Positions 62,241 through 64,000 of a stretch of 64,000 nt of DNA are shown piece after piece; positions within the stretch are counted from its first letter, which is position 1, and each line of letters starts with the position of its first letter. Source of the DNA: Hyaloraphidium curvatum SAG 235-1. Taxonomy: Eukaryota > Fungi > Monoblepharomycota. The stretch spans positions 310,001 to 374,000 of the forward strand of contig JAIVFI010000035.1 of the NCBI GenBank assembly GCA_025558095.1, in the 5' to 3' direction. The notes beneath the pieces are model-generated. The model made no database searches and was not told the DNA's origin. It saw only the letters and a program-made list of their open reading frames with translations. The position numbers were made by a program, and so were the translations under genes.

Positions 62241-64000
62241 TCACTCCTCGGAGGCACCCGCCCTCGGCGCAACGCCCGAGCGATCGGCGAGAGCATCCGC
62301 GTTCTCATTGGTCCACTCGCCCTCAGCAATCTCCTCGAATCGCGTGCCAGCACCTTTGGCGGGTGAGGACTTTTTGGAGGCGCGGCCCTTGCCCTTCTTC
62401 ACCGGCGACTTCGAATCCTTGCCGTCCGCGTCGCCGAAGCTGCGGTCCAAGAGCTTCTCGAGTTCCTCGTCCGTCAAGATCGATTCAGGCGCCGGCACCT
62501 CCTCGCCTTCCCCTTTCCCAAGATTGACGCTCTCTGCATCTGTTCCGTACAGCGCCTGTGCCAGATCATCCAGAGACAGATTTGCCCGCGTGAGCAAGCT
62601 CTTGGTTCCTGGGAGGGCCCGCATCGCGCCGCCCTGAATGACGAGCTTCTCGAGCTTGCGCTTCGAGCGCGCTTTCTCGATGATCTTGGCCTCCACCGTC
62701 CCCTCGGTGACGAGACGATACACCACCACCGGTTTGGTCTGGCCGATTCGGTGCGCACGGTCTTGTGCTTGCAGATCGGCTTGGGGGTTCTGGGCGGGGG
62801 CAAATGAGCTACGAACCACAGACTGTAGTGGGGACGCTGGAGCTCACCCAATCCGAGTCGTACAAAATAACCGTGTCCGCAGCGACGAGATTGATGCCCA
62901 GGCCACCGGCCCTGGTGCTGAGAAGAAAGATCCTAACATCCGGGTCGTTGTTGAAGGCGTCGATGGCGATTTTGCGGTCCTCCAGGCTGACACCGCCATC
63001 CAACCGCGAGCACTGCCAGCCCTTGTACTCCTGGAACCATTCCTCCAGGATGTAAAGCACATTGACCATTTGCGAAAAGATCAGGACCTGGTAATGCGGC
63101 GTTTCAGTCATCGTTTGCAAAGTGTGTGCCGGCCAAGGCTCACCTTGTGCCCCTGGGCAAAGAGGGCGGGAAGGAGGCGCTCCAACAGAAGCATTTTGCC
63201 GCTCTTGGTGACAATGTCCGGAAGCTTTTCCTTCTTCTTCCCACGCCCGTCCTGCAGCACGCGCCTAACGTTGCCAGCGAGCGACTCGTCCCCGCTGTCG
63301 TCCATGGTTGCGGTCTCGTCCTCGTCCTCCGTGCCCTGGAACAGATACGGATGGTTGCAGATCTTCCTGAGCTGCATGAGCAGGTTGTTGAGGCTCCCCC
63401 GCCCCCCCCGAGCCAGCATCTCCTTGTGCGCAACCTTGACGGCCAGCTTCATCGCCTCTTTCTTCTCTGCCGCCGCGGCCACGGCCCGGCCGATTGCAAA
63501 CTCGCTGCCCGTGTCGACGTCGTACCGTCCGGTGGCGGATAGGTTCATCGCAGCCGCGCGCTTAGGCCTCTCGCGGCGAACTGCATCGTCGCTGGCCCCG
63601 GAATCAGAAGCCGCGTCATCTTCGACATCGACGGTGGAAGCAGTGTCCGAGGCATCGTCTTTGCCAGGCGCTTTGGAGGTCTTGGCAAGGGCAGTGCGGA
63701 GAGCCTGCGATCCAGAGAGGGCGGCCTGGTAGAGCTTCCGCTGATACGGAACAAGCGGAGCAAAGAGAAGGTACTCTTTCTTCTTTGGCAGTGATGCTTC
63801 GACTAACGCGAAGGTCAGCTGCTTAGAGGAGGTTGGGCGACCGAGGGCCTACCATCCGACTTGACCCGGCGCAGGATGAACGGCCGCAGGATCGTGTGGA
63901 GGTGCGTGACAACCTTGTCCTTCTCCTCCTTGTTGATGATGCTCGCCTCGCCTCCTGCGTTCGAGAGATCCGACTCGAAGTCGAACCACGACTGGAACTC
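62241..64000 (-). CDS. SNF2-family chromatin remodeller (Irc5/HELLS/DDM1-like), 5' part outside window
   Basis: [85 protein letters not shown]. Confidence 0.88.

Overview
Gene-dense, GC-rich eukaryotic DNA with many short (mostly about 45-70 nt) GT-AG introns that carry CTRAC-type branch points. It combines fungal hallmarks (Zn2Cys6 transcription factor, protein O-mannosyltransferase, Slm1-like BAR-PH protein, DUF1748) with genes more familiar from animals or protists (GMP reductase, group XII sPLA2, MCFD2, AGGF1, OSTF1, CNG-type channel). This points to an early-diverging fungus (chytrid/monoblepharid-like; inference). About 33 host genes are recognisable. The standout is an ~8.4 kb element at ~50.18-58.66 kb. 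An IS630/Tc1-mariner DDE transposase runs, with no stop after the catalytic domain and through five well-supported introns, into a zinc-finger cargo region and a greatly expanded Fanzor1 (eukaryotic TnpB-like RNA-guided nuclease) with all three candidate RuvC acidic residues. This suggests one ~2,600-aa transposase-Fanzor fusion, followed by a candidate omegaRNA. One internal TAG and a start-less 5' HTH leave open whether this copy is active, decaying or domesticated. Exon boundaries were read by eye and are approximate; no database searches were run.
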